A stretch of 63,981 bases of DNA, the filler included, from Piptocephalis cylindrospora (taxonomy: Eukaryota): NCBI GenBank assembly GCA_003614145.1. It is 7 parts of 7 records of this genome, joined end to end, with 100 filler letters (N's around TTAATTAATTAA, not from the genome) between each part and the next. Parts side by side here need not be neighbours in the genome. Positions count along the whole stretch, not along the records: positions 1 to 9,284 come from KZ988097.1; positions 9,385 to 18,659 come from KZ988098.1; 5 more parts are not named here. One strand, given 5' to 3'. A model generated the notes under the pieces. It saw nothing but the letters and a program-made list of their open reading frames with translations, searched no databases and had not been told where the DNA came from. Position numbers and translations under genes: made by a program. Below are positions 1 to 10,863 of this stretch, piece by piece. The stretch's first letter is position 1. Each line of letters opens with the position of its first letter.

Positions 1-983
1 GACGTCTCTCAAGCAGCTTCCTCTCCCCTCAAGCTGGCTGGTACTGCTCTCCTCCTGCGTCCCCCTCCCCCATACCCGCACACATCAAGAAGGAATATAC
101 CCAAGCAAGGTCTATAAGACCTATAGTTTGCTTGGATGATGAGGCAAGGAAGGGGGGGTATGGACACGATGATACCCATAGAGGACGGGGGAGTGAATGG
201 ATGGATTATAAGGAGGTACACGGGGGAGAGAGGGATCGGAGGCCAAAGTCACGGTATACGTGCTTTGAGTGAAGAAGGCCGGATGGAGTCTTCGAGGGTC
301 CGCCCTACTGGGGAGGGCAACGGGGCCGGCGAGAGTGGATTTGGGGCGGTCCAGGACCGAGGAGGGTCTTTGAGGGAGCATGAGCTGGGAAGAGGGATAA
401 GGAAAGGGGGATAGAGGAAGAGAGAAGGGAAAGAAGCAGAGAACGGACGATGACTATTGAATAGAGCGAGGCCACTCTCTTCCTTGATCCAAGTAGTTAG
501 TTTAGTTTAGGGAGAGAAGCGTTGGATTATTATTAGACAACCAAAGGTGAGGTTTGGCAATGAGAGGGAACCTCACAGAGCAAACAACAACACCGGCACA
601 CCAGGCCTCAAAACTTGGTAGAGGTACAATCCCCCCATCTACAGCATGAGCGTGGGTGAGTGTTCTGCAAGTGTTGTTGAATTCAGTCTGGCCAGGTCTC
701 ATCAGGAACCACAGCTTGCCCCATCTGAACAGGTGGTCAAATGACACCCTTACATGCCTGTTCATGTCCCACTCACTAAAATAGACTGCCATTTCATCAT
801 TGACTATCAATGTAGGTGATTGGGGGTTTTTTGGCCTTTTTCACCATTTTAAAAACAGAGTGATAAGAGAAATAGTGACCAAAGGAAAGGCCGTCCATTG
901 CCCCCTCTCCCACACCCTTGTTCTCCCACACCCTTGTTCTCCCACTCACTCATCCTCTCCAGTAGCCTCAATACTCATCCCCA

Positions 984-1481
984 ATGCGCGCTTACCTCTA
1001 CAGTGAAGAAGACCCAAGGTCAGGGGATACGGTCCAGGAGGACATCCTAAAAGGCCTGGGCATTCACCACCAGCGCTTACCAGTTGGTCACTCGGGCGAG
1101 GCCCTGGAGGAACTGTGCACACAACGAGGCTACCATCACCGGGACCAAGTACGCATCTCCCCCGAGGACCTGCCAAATTACGAGGAACGCATGGCCCAAT
1201 TCTTCAAGGAGCATTTGCACGAAGACGAGGAAATCCGGTACATCCTCGAGGGCTCGGGGTACTTTGACGTCCGGAATCGCGAGGATCAATGGGTCCGTCT
1301 TCACGTCTTCTCCGGCGACTTGGTCATCCTTCCCGCCGGCATCTATCATCGCTTCATCACCGACGATAACAACTTTATTCACACCATGCGTCTTTTCCAG
1401 GAGGCTCCCAAGTGGACTCCAGTTCCCCGCCCAGCCGAGGATAATCCCCATCGGATATCCTATCTCTCCTCTCTTGCATAG
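984..1481 (+). CDS. ADI1: Acireductone dioxygenase (ARD cupin, methionine salvage)
   Basis: Intronless 165-aa ORF with ARD motifs FFKEHLHEDEEIRYILEGSGYFDVR and GDLVILPAGIYHRF. Confidence 0.96.
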   Translation: MRAYLYSEEDPRSGDTVQEDILKGLGIHHQRLPVGHSGEALEELCTQRGYHHRDQVRISPEDLPNYEERMAQFFKEHLHEDEEIRYILEGSGYFDVRNREDQWVRLHVFSGDLVILPAGIYHRFITDDNNFIHTMRLFQEAPKWTPVPRPAEDNPHRISYLSSLA

Positions 1482-1614
1482 GCCTGATTGTAAAGGCAGA
1501 GTGGAGCAGGGATGGACATGTGTTTCCCTATCTATAGCAACCGTTCCATTACATCCACCCGTTATTCATGCATCATAAATGAACTGGCAAATACATGTAT
1601 TCATACCATTATTC

Positions 1615-1881
1615 TCACCATGGCTTTCCCATGGTAGGCACCTCTTCGCCAAACGGCCCTCGTGTTGCAGACGCCCCCGAGGAAGTCAAGGGATTATAGG
1701 GTGTCCACGCATTACACGGGTCTCCGTACCCACATCCCGCCGAAGAGTAAGAGGCATACGGGTCCGTAGAGTAGAATCGACGGGTCAAGACAGGGCCTGG
1801 GCCAATCGGAAGTCCTGGCGTCTGGGGTAGGAGAGTAGCAAGGGCCAGAAGGGTCAAGTAGATGGAAGATGAGAGATGCAT
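1615..1881 (-). CDS. Small secreted precursor, 88 aa (signal peptide, short pro-region, LTRR site, 2-Cys mature part)
   Basis: ATG at 1881 gives MHLSSSIYLTLLALATLLPQTPG, then LPIGPGPVLTRR|FYSTDPYASYSSAGCGYGDPCNAW. Confidence 0.6.
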   Translation of the reverse strand: MHLSSSIYLTLLALATLLPQTPGLPIGPGPVLTRRFYSTDPYASYSSAGCGYGDPCNAWTPYNPLTSSGASATRGPFGEEVPTMGKPW

Positions 1882-2616
1882 CGTAAAAGCGAGAAGGTCA
1901 GTAAGGCCGAGGCGACGGAACGGAGCGTAGATCGTAGTTCGTAACGAGTAAGGATGGGGGGAGAATGTGCAAGAACCGGAAGCGAGGGGTGCTAGGGCCT
2001 TGGACAAGAGGGATTGGGAAGGATAAGGAAGGAGAAAGAAAAAGGGGATAAGGGAGGATTCAAACATCTCTTTTATCATACCTCCGATGTTTGGATCTGT
2101 CCATTCGAACAGCACCATTAGGACCCCGGACCAACCCTCAACGAGCAATGACAGTGTTGTTCGACAAGTGACGGAGTTCCAGTGAGCATAGAAAGAGCGG
2201 AGTTGAAATTGGCTTGAAGATGAAGAAAAGGAAAGGGACACCCCTCATAGCAGCACAACCTCCAGACGACGCCAAGCTTTCTCAAAAAACCCCACTGCAT
2301 TGAAGACGGATTATTTCCTTCCAGCAGGTCCCCCTCTCCTTCCACTTTAAACACCCATCCTAAACAATACCAGTTAAGAAATTCATAAGATCATTTGAAT
2401 AGACAAGAGTCACAAGAAATAGTAAGCGTTCAAAAAGAAGAGTTCATTACTTTCAACACACATTCCCAACAGCATAGAGAGAATGGGAGGAGGATGTGCT
2501 GCTCGCGCAATATCATCCGATCAAAACAGGACAAGGAAGAAATATTCCTTATCGGAGGGCGCAGACCTCACAGTAGATCACTGTGATGCAAATAACGCGG
2601 TCATTGCCTACACAAC

Positions 2617-2868
2617 TTACCAGCCGTAGTAACCGTAGTAGGGGGAGCCGCCGTAACCGTAGGGGGAACCGCCGTAACCGTAGTAGGGGGAACCGCCGTA
2701 GTAGTAGCTGTAGTCGTAACCGTAGCCATAAGGGCTAGGGTTAGGGTTAGGACCAGGGTTAGGACCAGGCTCAGCCCTGGGGGCGGGGGCAGCCTTGGGG
2801 GCAGGGGCGGCGATGGCGGAGCCGATGGCGAGGGTGGCGAAGAGAGCGAGGACGTTGGAAGCGCGCAT
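2617..2868 (-). CDS. Small secreted Tyr/Gly-rich peptide precursor with X-Pro/X-Ala dipeptide pro-region
   Basis: 20-aa signal peptide, 13 consecutive X-P/X-A dipeptides, then a 37-aa Y/G-rich tail with GGSPY repeats. A GTAAGT overlaps the stop, so a terminal intron is possible. Confidence 0.8.
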   Translation of the reverse strand: MRASNVLALFATLAIGSAIAAPAPKAAPAPRAEPGPNPGPNPNPSPYGYGYDYSYYYGGSPYYGYGGSPYGYGGSPYYGYYGW

Positions 2869-4332
2869 GATGATGGATAAACGTACGTGAAGGGGTGCAA
2901 GAGGTTAGAGCAGGGGTAGAGCGTAGCGCTAGTGCGAGAGCGGGAGGAGGGTTGGGGAGGCGTTGAAAGAAGGCGTGGGTGAGAGGTGGAGGGGGACCTT
3001 TGAAGCGCTTAAAAAGCAGTGGGTTAGACTTGGGTTAAGGGTGAATAGGGCGTGAAGAGGAAAATGGGATAAGGTGAAAGGGGGATTGAGAAGGAAAGGC
3101 CGGCCGATTGCTCTCGTATTTATAGACGAATACAGCCGATGGAGGGGGAATGTGAATAAGAGGGGATGGAAAGGCTAGATAGAAGAGGCCGGAAGAACGG
3201 TCGGAGAAGTCGGAGCGGGGCCTTCCTGGTCTGGTCGGGTGCAGTCGCTGGGTCATCAGTTTAGATATGCGGAGCTAACAGAATCGGAGATGCGATTTAA
3301 ACCCCGACATATCCAGTCACTTCTGCTCCTTACTGACAGGACAGAGCCTTGTCTCGGCGGAGTTTTCCCTTATCATCATCAGGTAATGTACCCCACCACT
3401 TTGGCCAGGACGAAAAAGATATTCCCGCCCCAAAGCGTCTGCAATATACCTTGCTCAGGATGTGGAATAGATTCGGGGCTGTAATCGGAGTGGCGGAACT
3501 TGAAATATCACCCGATGAGAAGTGGAAGTGCTGTCGGGGCCTGAATTATGCATGACAGGTCATTTGATAATAGAGAGAGGAGGTCTCTATATGTTGTTGC
3601 CCAGCCCTATACTCAGCAACGCCTTTGTTCCCATCTGACCATTACTGTCAAGGATGAGCAGGACATGATGCATATTACATGGAGCCCCATAGCCCGTTTA
3701 GCTGACTTTGAAATGGTCGGAGTAATACGCCACGTGTAGCCGAGGCGGGCCTTGAAAAAATGGGAGATTGTAAAGGCGACTAGGTGCGGGAATAGTAATG
3801 GACCGTTCCTCACTGGAGCAAGTCAGGGACACGGACCGGGATGGGGCCATTTTGGGAGAGATGTCTTGATGCGGGAGAAGGGGAGAAAGGTACTCCCTCC
3901 TGACCCATCCCTTCCATCTATCCAGGTGATGACGGGGAGAGAAGTGATTGCATCCATTCTAGAAGGACCCAGACAAGATCTGGCGCCCCATCCAGCTGAT
4001 TATATACCCCCTCATCCGCATCAGTGAGGAATATAATGACTTCCCCCGGTTGCAGAATGGAAATGTATAATAGTAAAGATCGAAGCATTCAATGGAAATT
4101 GGAAAAGGAAGGTTGAAGGTGTATTTGGGAAGCTGGGTAACCGACAAAGTGTTATCCTCACCACCGAAAGATGACTCCCTTACACACACAGATGCACGCA
4201 TAGACACGTGCAAAAAAAACACATGTCGACAAGACTAACTGACTACCGATACAGGCTGAACCTCCAGATGGAAAGGTCCGAGACCGATGATGGAAGATTA
4301 CAACACGCAAGGTGAAGGGACGTCGATCTCAT

Positions 4333-5199
4333 TTACTCCTTGCCTTCCACCGAGGCGGGGCCTTGGGCCTTATCAGAATCAGCAGGAGCAGCTGCTTTGG
4401 AACCCTTGGGATCCTTGGCCTCTTTCGGGTTTACGGATAGAGCGCTTGGGCTGGTAGCAGGAACACCACGACGACGGAGACCGGCGGTCTTACGAGCGGG
4501 GGGAGCAAGGGAAGGGGCTCCCGCGGACTTTTCGACAGGAGCGGGAGGAACTCCAGCGTCCTTTAGATCATTGGCAGATACACCATCAATGGCAACCGGT
4601 TCCTCGAGCTTCTTGGTATCAGCAGGAGGAGGGGAAGGGGGAGGAGGGGTGGCACGACGACGAAGGGACTTTGCAGCCTTGTCATCAACGGAAGCATTCT
4701 CCTCGGCCGGAATCTTTTCATCCTTGGGCTTCCCATCCTTTCCAGTGGCAGTGAGTTTTACACTGGCTGAAGGGAAGGATCCCGAGGAAGTTACGGCCTC
4801 TGGCTTGGGCTCGGCAACACCACGACGATGGAGGGGCGGACCGCTTGGCGAGTCAGCCTCCTTACCAGCGGGAGGGACAATGGGGGCATCCTTACTCTCG
4901 CTAGGGGCTTTAGGGGCGCCCTTGTCCTTGAGGGAAACAATCTTATCGCCAGCGGGGGTTTTGATGGAAGCGGGGGTACCAGCGGATGTGTTCTCAATCT
5001 GCGAAGGTGTATCACGACGGCGCAGAGTTGGGGTAAGCTTCTTCTCTGTGGTCCCAGCAGTCGTGGCATTCACAGCCGGGATCGCATTGTCAGCAGCAGC
5101 CGAAAAGGGAGTTCCGACGCCCTGAGTGGCAGAGGTACTGGCAGCGGAAACGTTGCCGAGGACCAGAGCAGCGGCAAGAAGAGCAAGAGTATAACGCAT
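4333..5199 (-). CDS. Secreted Pro/Ala/Lys-rich multi-segment precursor with four L(R/H)RR sites (KEP-like)
   Basis: Signal peptide MRYTLALLAAALVLGNVSA. Sites LRRR|DT, LHRR|GV, LRRR|AT and LRRR|GV are spaced about 55-65 aa apart. Confidence 0.85.
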   Translation of the reverse strand: MRYTLALLAAALVLGNVSAASTSATQGVGTPFSAAADNAIPAVNATTAGTTEKKLTPTLRRRDTPSQIENTSAGTPASIKTPAGDKIVSLKDKGAPKAPSESKDAPIVPPAGKEADSPSGPPLHRRGVAEPKPEAVTSSGSFPSASVKLTATGKDGKPKDEKIPAEENASVDDKAAKSLRRRATPPPPSPPPADTKKLEEPVAIDGVSANDLKDAGVPPAPVEKSAGAPSLAPPARKTAGLRRRGVPATSPSALSVNPKEAKDPKGSKAAAPADSDKAQGPASVEGKE

Positions 5200-7618
5200 A
5201 TTGAAAATGGAGTGGATGAGGGTAGTGTGAAGAAAATGGGAGAAGGGGCGATTCGTGAGTGGGTGAATAAAACTCGGCTACTTGATGGTTGGAGTGGATG
5301 AGGTGGAAACTTAGAGGGAGGAAAATGAGAGTCAAGTGGTGGTTGGAAAAGTGGATTGAAAAGCACGAGCGATGATGGCGTAAGGCGTAAAGTCAGGGAA
5401 GTGGAAGTGGGAGATATTGGAGTGTGATGGGAGAGAAAGGGAAGAGGGAAGAGGCAAGGGGGGGCGGTGTGACATCAAGCTCTTTTATAGATGCTCTCTA
5501 GACCTTGTATGGTGTCATGCTGCTACACTCCTCTGCCTGGGCCTTCCTGCCCCAGTGAAGAGAATGGTCCCCATGCAGGTCAGGGGCTGAGCGGAGTAGC
5601 GGAGAGTGAAACTAGTGCTATGCGAGCTGGTGGAGCAGCGGGATCCCTTCTTGCGGAGTACCGGAGATGTCACAGATAGGACGGGAAGGAGGATAAATTG
5701 CCACTCCGCCGCATCAAGTTCCAGCTGGATTTGGGACATGAAGAAAGGGGGTGTTGAATTACTTGCTAATGGCCATAACTTACATGCCGAAAGTAGGTGG
5801 GGATGACAAGAACCAGATCCCCCCCTTCTCCTCGTTCTCTGGATGGTAGGACAAGGCAACAACCACGAGATATCCTCCACATGTCTTCCACTGGCTGCTC
5901 CCCCCTTGTCATGATGATCTTATGGTGCTAGGCTGGGACATGTTCTCTCGCCAGTAGTCGAATTGGAAACGGTTACTGAGAAGGCAATGAGGTACACTCG
6001 CTCTCAAGGGAAATGTAATGGGAATAAGGGGCTACATTATCAGTGTTATTTTTCAAGATATACCACGGATACTTAATAGAAAAAGGGTAAAATTTAGGAA
6101 CTGGCGGCAATCCTCAATCTTGTACGTATTTATCTATCAAAGAAATATAACATTCCTCCATTACCCAGATCTTACAGCATTGGAAAGGCATTTTCCTTTT
6201 ATTTTGGTACTTTTCCGAGAAACAAATAAATGTAAAAACTATTTGATGGTGATAAATTCGGCTTATTTTCCTTCTATGGGATATATTATTATTTATATGC
6301 TCTGAGTCGATTTGCTCTAAATGCCTAATAGTCATTTAATGTCTGTTTCCAAGGCCAATAGTACTTTCTCGTTGATTAGAATGAATTGAGTTACTTGAAT
6401 TCAATAGCTGCTGAAAAGAAAGGGAATTATATTCCTCGAACAACAACATTAATGTTCCGGAAAGTCACTGATCCACTATCTTGTTGCTGTCTAGAGTGCA
6501 TGACTTTTTCGATTTTCCAAGGCCCACCTTGTATGGTCATCGATAGAGAAGTAAAATGATGGAGGGCGACTTGGGGGAAACTGTCGCCGTTATAAGTGAG
6601 GAGCACAACGAAGGGCAAAATGTGATGCAAAGGACTGAATTTGATAGCTTGGGAAAGGGACCCGGGTATGAAACTCTCCTGCTGAGCCGGGGATGGAGGT
6701 GGAGAACGTACTAGTCTGGAATGGGCAAATATAGAAGCGACCTTGGGTGGTGGAGACGGGGGTTAGAGGGTGATTAAAGGAGGCGCTCTATTGGATGACT
6801 AAGACGTCAATATAGACAAATGAGAGATCTAGGAAGGGAACAGCGATTGAAGCACCATTAGTATAGTCTTGGGTGTAAATTCCTATGGTTAGGGCGGAGT
6901 CATGCTAGTCATAACAATGGTGCATGGTGGGATAAAAAGGAGATACAAACTGCAGTACTTTATTGGATCATCCATTCCTGACTATGATCGCCTATCCGAT
7001 TGTATCTGGTAATTATGATGGGAGAATACTGGTCCGTGAAGGGTTGGGCGGGCTGTACATTACAATCCTCATCAAACACTCATTATCTTTTTTTATAACT
7101 GGAGGGGCCTAGGCTCGAAAAAAAAATGCATGATAGAACAGGTTCTGACCAGGATCTAATTTTTTCTGCTACTCTGCCGTCGCTCAAGTCGTACCTTACC
7201 TTCCAAGTCTTGCTTTAAGCTGCAGGGGCTGGCCACTCATACCAAATAGTAGGCTTGCCCACGTCCTTCTTGGCTATGACGTTATATGTGGGGTGGCGGG
7301 GTAAAATGTCAATGTGACATCTCAGACTGGAGTGGAAACGTTGTAGGCTGAATGCCTGTGATTGCCTATCAGTTCTGAAACGATCGGAGAGTGAAAAAGA
7401 ATTTGCCACAATAAAGTAGACACCCAGCTAATGGGAACCAACTCTGTTCTTTAACAATCCCATTGACCCAAAGAAAGCGAGAGATATAGACCAACGGAAT
7501 GAAAAAAGCCAATACATTTACCCGATAAGGAAAAAAAAGGATAAGATGATGAGGGAGGGGAGGGGGGACGAAGGGAACGGAGAGAATCACGTAAAGTCTC
7601 AGGAAAGATCAGGAGGAA

Positions 7619-9284
7619 TCAAGCAGGGGTAAAGGAGGGGGGAGCATTGCGGAGAGAGGTGGACATGGATGATTTTCTCTTGATCCAACCGGTCAATTTG
7701 CGAACCAGCCCCTTCTTGGGATGGGAGGGGGAATAGCCACTGTGTGGATCGGAGGAGCCAGAATCTTCTGGAAGGTCATGCTTCAGGGCATGAAATTCCT
7801 CCTCGATGCCAACACGGTCGAGACGACGACGTTGACTGATCTTCCTGACCATGGTGGTGGTGGTGGCGGTGGTGGTGGTGATGGGCTTTGCAGGAGGGGA
7901 GGAACGATGTTCGACGTACTTGTGTTTTTGGGAGGTGACGGAGGAATTCCTATTGATCGGGGTACCTTGGACGGTGGCGGACCTTGAAGGAGGTCTCACA
8001 GACTGGTCCATGGCCAAGGAACGCCTTGACTCATGGGTGATGGCGGGAGAGGCGGCCCGAGTGGAATGGGGAAGGGTACCTTGGTTCTGGGGAGCACTCC
8101 TCGTAATGGACCTCCGAGCAGAATTGATAACAGTAGTCCCCCTTCTGTCCATCATAGCAGTGGTCCTGGTTGGAGGATGATACAAGGATGAGGCCGTGGA
8201 CTCAGCCCCGGAGCTGGAGTCGGATGCGTCGGAATCTTCCTCTGAATCTTCCTCTGAATCAGAGACTGTCGGGCTGGTGGAAGGAAGAGGAGTCTTGACA
8301 TCCAGGGTCCTTGGAAGAGACAGTCGTTGATGACTAGAGATGGACTGAAGAGAGGGCCTCCTTACCTGGATGGGATGAGACATGGGTTGGGTCCTGCTAG
8401 AGGAGGCAGAGGAGGAAACGGACGTAGATCGGGTGGAGGGAGGGGAGGATGATGGGATGTCAGAAGGGATTGAACGGGGGGAGGGAGATATCTTCCCTGG
8501 GGAGATGAGACAGTGCATCAAGCTACGGTGATCATCCTTTTCCTCATCCTCTTCAGATTCTTCCTCTTCAGATTCTTCCTCTTCAGATTCTTCCTCCTCC
8601 TCCTCCTCCTCACTATCGCTATCCTGGACCTTTCCCACGACGGAATCTTGGTACTCTTCAGCATGGTAGATTGTCTCCTCCTCTTCTTCCTCTTCCTCTT
8701 CCTGCATCATACGATGGGCCTGGTCACCTTGGATGGTGGAGCCAGCAAACCAAATGTTGGGGGAGGAGCCAGTCCTACGTCCCTGAAGAAGAGCGATGGA
8801 GGTGGGAGAGGAGACGGATTGACTGGTGGCTAGGCCAGCGGGGTGGGCCAAAGAAGAAAAGCTGGGGTCGTGAGTTGACGAGGGATGATTAAAAGCCTCG
8901 TAGCCCGAGGCAGGAGGGGGGGGTGGGGGTGGATTGGCGCCTAGCTACTCTTCCATCCTCACTAGCCCTTCCATAAAGGGAGGAGGTGCCGGGAGGAGGG
9001 GGAGGGATGAAGGGATGGCCCGAAGCGAGGGGGGTAGCAGGATTGGATCGGTAGGCATTGGCCATCATCATAGTACCATCCACGCTGTTTCTCCCGTAAT
9101 AGGAGGAACCAGTAGCCCTCATCATGGGGGATCCCGGGGAGGAGGTTGGGTGGTGGATCTCACCAATGGGGAAGTAACTTGAGTTTATGGCCAGAGAAAG
9201 GGGCCTGGAGGAGGCCTGATGGGGATCAACCCTGGAGGAGGCAGCGAGCATGGGGGAGGGACTGATGGTCCTTAGGGAGGGGGA
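7619..9284 (-). CDS. Low-complexity Ser/Pro/Glu-rich protein, probably 5'-truncated at the contig end, with an apparent frameshift at the G8 run 8916-8923
   Basis: ORFs 8889-9251 and 7619-8851 join into one frame (TPTPPPASGYEAFNHPSSTHDPSFSSLAHP) if one base is removed from the homopolymer. Acidic runs; no recognisable domain. Confidence 0.6.
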
Positions 9285-9384
9285 NNNNNNNNNNNNNNNN
9301 NNNNNNNNNNNNNNNNNNNNNNNNNNNNTTAATTAATTAANNNNNNNNNNNNNNNNNNNNNNNNNNNNNNNNNNNNNNNNNNNN
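9285..9384. other. Artificial contig linker (N44-TTAATTAATTAA-N44)
   Basis: Six-frame stop linker. Identical linkers lie at 18660-18759, 27981-28080, 37275-37374, 46568-46667 and 55848-55947. Confidence 0.99.
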
Positions 9385-9439
9385 ACAAACACACACGCCT
9401 TAGGGCTGCCAAAGCTTTACAACCTCCACCCAAATGTCA
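9385..9439 (+). repeat. Exact 55-bp direct repeat of 11348-11402 (mirrored in the right arm)
   Basis: ACAAACACACACGCCTTAGGGCTGCCAAAGCTTTACAACCTCCACCCAAATGTCA occurs at both positions and diverges at the next base. Confidence 0.95.
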
Positions 9440-9906
9440 TTCCTTTCATGTCAATGATCTCTTGTATAGACTATATACGCGTTGCATGGTCTCCTGAACT
9501 AATCCATGTTGGATTTGTACAAGGGATAATTGTTCATTCTATTGTCATTATTTGGGTCATCTTTTATGCCCAATTAGAGTTCATGCTCAAGAAAGCACTC
9601 CATATCTGCCCGAGATCGAGAGACCTTCCATTGTCATTATGGCTCATGTAGAACGGAAAACCAGCACACATACACTGCCTATCGCTGATAATGCGTAGAG
9701 TCCATACTATCTATTAATCAGATTGGATGGTGTTCCTCTTCTATCATTCCAAACGAGATCGTAATTATTGGTTGGTTAAGGTACCAGTAAAAAGAAGTGA
9801 CTTAACTATTAAACTCTTCAACATAATACCGCACACGATCAAGAGAGAAAGGAAGGGCCATGGCGGGAAATACAGCGCATGGGGAAGGGGGAGTGGGGAA
9901 AAGGCC

Positions 9907-10863
9907 TCATGAAACCGAGTTCAACTGGACTTCCTGCTGAAAGGTATCACTAAGCCGGGTCTGATCATCTTGATAGGCGCCGTAGCTTTTATCCATGCCG
10001 GTCTGGACTCCAGACCGGGGATGAGAGGAGAAGTTGGAGGTAGAAGCGGAAGGATCAAGGGGATGGTTGGGATTGTTGGGGGATCCAGCCTCACCAAAGC
10101 AGGAACCAAAAGGCGCAGATCGATGTATGGCGATGAGAGCCTCACAGGTAAATTTGGAGGTGAAGATCCAGTAGATTTCATAGGGGAGCTGGAAAAAGGA
10201 GGGGTTACCGGCGTCGATGAGGGTGAGAAGAAGGATGACCGTGCCGAAGAGGCCGAGACCAATAAAGTATCCCACTTCGCGTTGACGAACAGCCTTGAGG
10301 ATAGGAATACCCTGGAACCGGGAGATCCGATAAACGATGACGAGGTAGATGAGGGCTATGGCCAGGGAAGTGAATACCTCGAAACCGATGACAATGTACC
10401 AGGAGGGGGGGAGATGGAGGGAGGCACAGACGCCAACGGGGGTAGGAACGGGATGAGGATACCGACTGATGCAGTAGGCCCACGGGACAAATTTTCCGAT
10501 GATGAAGATGGACCCGGCCACGAGGGAGATGATCCCGGTGCGATGGAGGCGATAGAGACAAAGGAGTGCGATGAATTGACAAGTGGTGGGGACAATATGA
10601 GCAGCTATTAAGGCCATGTAGGCCTGGAAGCCACATGGAACGTTGTAAGAAAAATAGTAAATGGTGGTGGAGAGGGCGGCGATAAAGCCGGTGATGCTTC
10701 CAAGGAAGAAAAGGGCATACGGGATGGCCCGTTCCTTGTACAGCAGTCTGGCACTGTGGTAGAGAGAAGTGATAAAGATGACAATGGCTGTTGTCGAGAA
10801 CATGACCCCGACATTGAGGTGGAGGAACAAGCTCCTACGGATGTAGTCTCCCGTCTCGGACAT
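9907..10863 (-). CDS. Orphan seven-transmembrane GPCR-like protein (copy 1)
   Basis: Intronless, from ATG 10863 (MSETGDY). Seven hydrophobic segments, Cys before TM3 (NVPCG) and in ECL2 (GVCAS), LYRL at the TM3 end, polar C-tail. Confidence 0.8.
   Translation of the reverse strand: MSETGDYIRRSLFLHLNVGVMFSTTAIVIFITSLYHSARLLYKERAIPYALFFLGSITGFIAALSTTIYYFSYNVPCGFQAYMALIAAHIVPTTCQFIALLCLYRLHRTGIISLVAGSIFIIGKFVPWAYCISRYPHPVPTPVGVCASLHLPPSWYIVIGFEVFTSLAIALIYLVIVYRISRFQGIPILKAVRQREVGYFIGLGLFGTVILLLTLIDAGNPSFFQLPYEIYWIFTSKFTCEALIAIHRSAPFGSCFGEAGSPNNPNHPLDPSASTSNFSSHPRSGVQTGMDKSYGAYQDDQTRLSDTFQQEVQLNSVS

Noticed and set aside
2731..2770. TTAGGG-like telomeric repeats (GGGCTAGGGTTAGGGTTAGG)
   Set aside because: They are the antisense of Asn-Pro codons (AAC CCT) within the peptide precursor; only about two perfect units, internal to a CDS.
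4340..5125. 261-aa + strand ORF, and similar long antisense ORFs at 9970-10611, 37319-38362, 43277-44173, 50936-51922, 56030-57040 and 60671-61585
   Set aside because: Shadow ORFs opposite well-supported, codon-biased genes.
5950..7250. AT-rich island as a horizontally acquired or transposon relic
   Set aside because: No terminal repeats, recognisable domains or convincing exon chain; left unannotated.
9329..9340. Recurrent palindrome TTAATTAATTAA as a biological repeat or CRISPR-like element
   Set aside because: Always embedded in N44 runs; it is an artificial six-frame stop linker.
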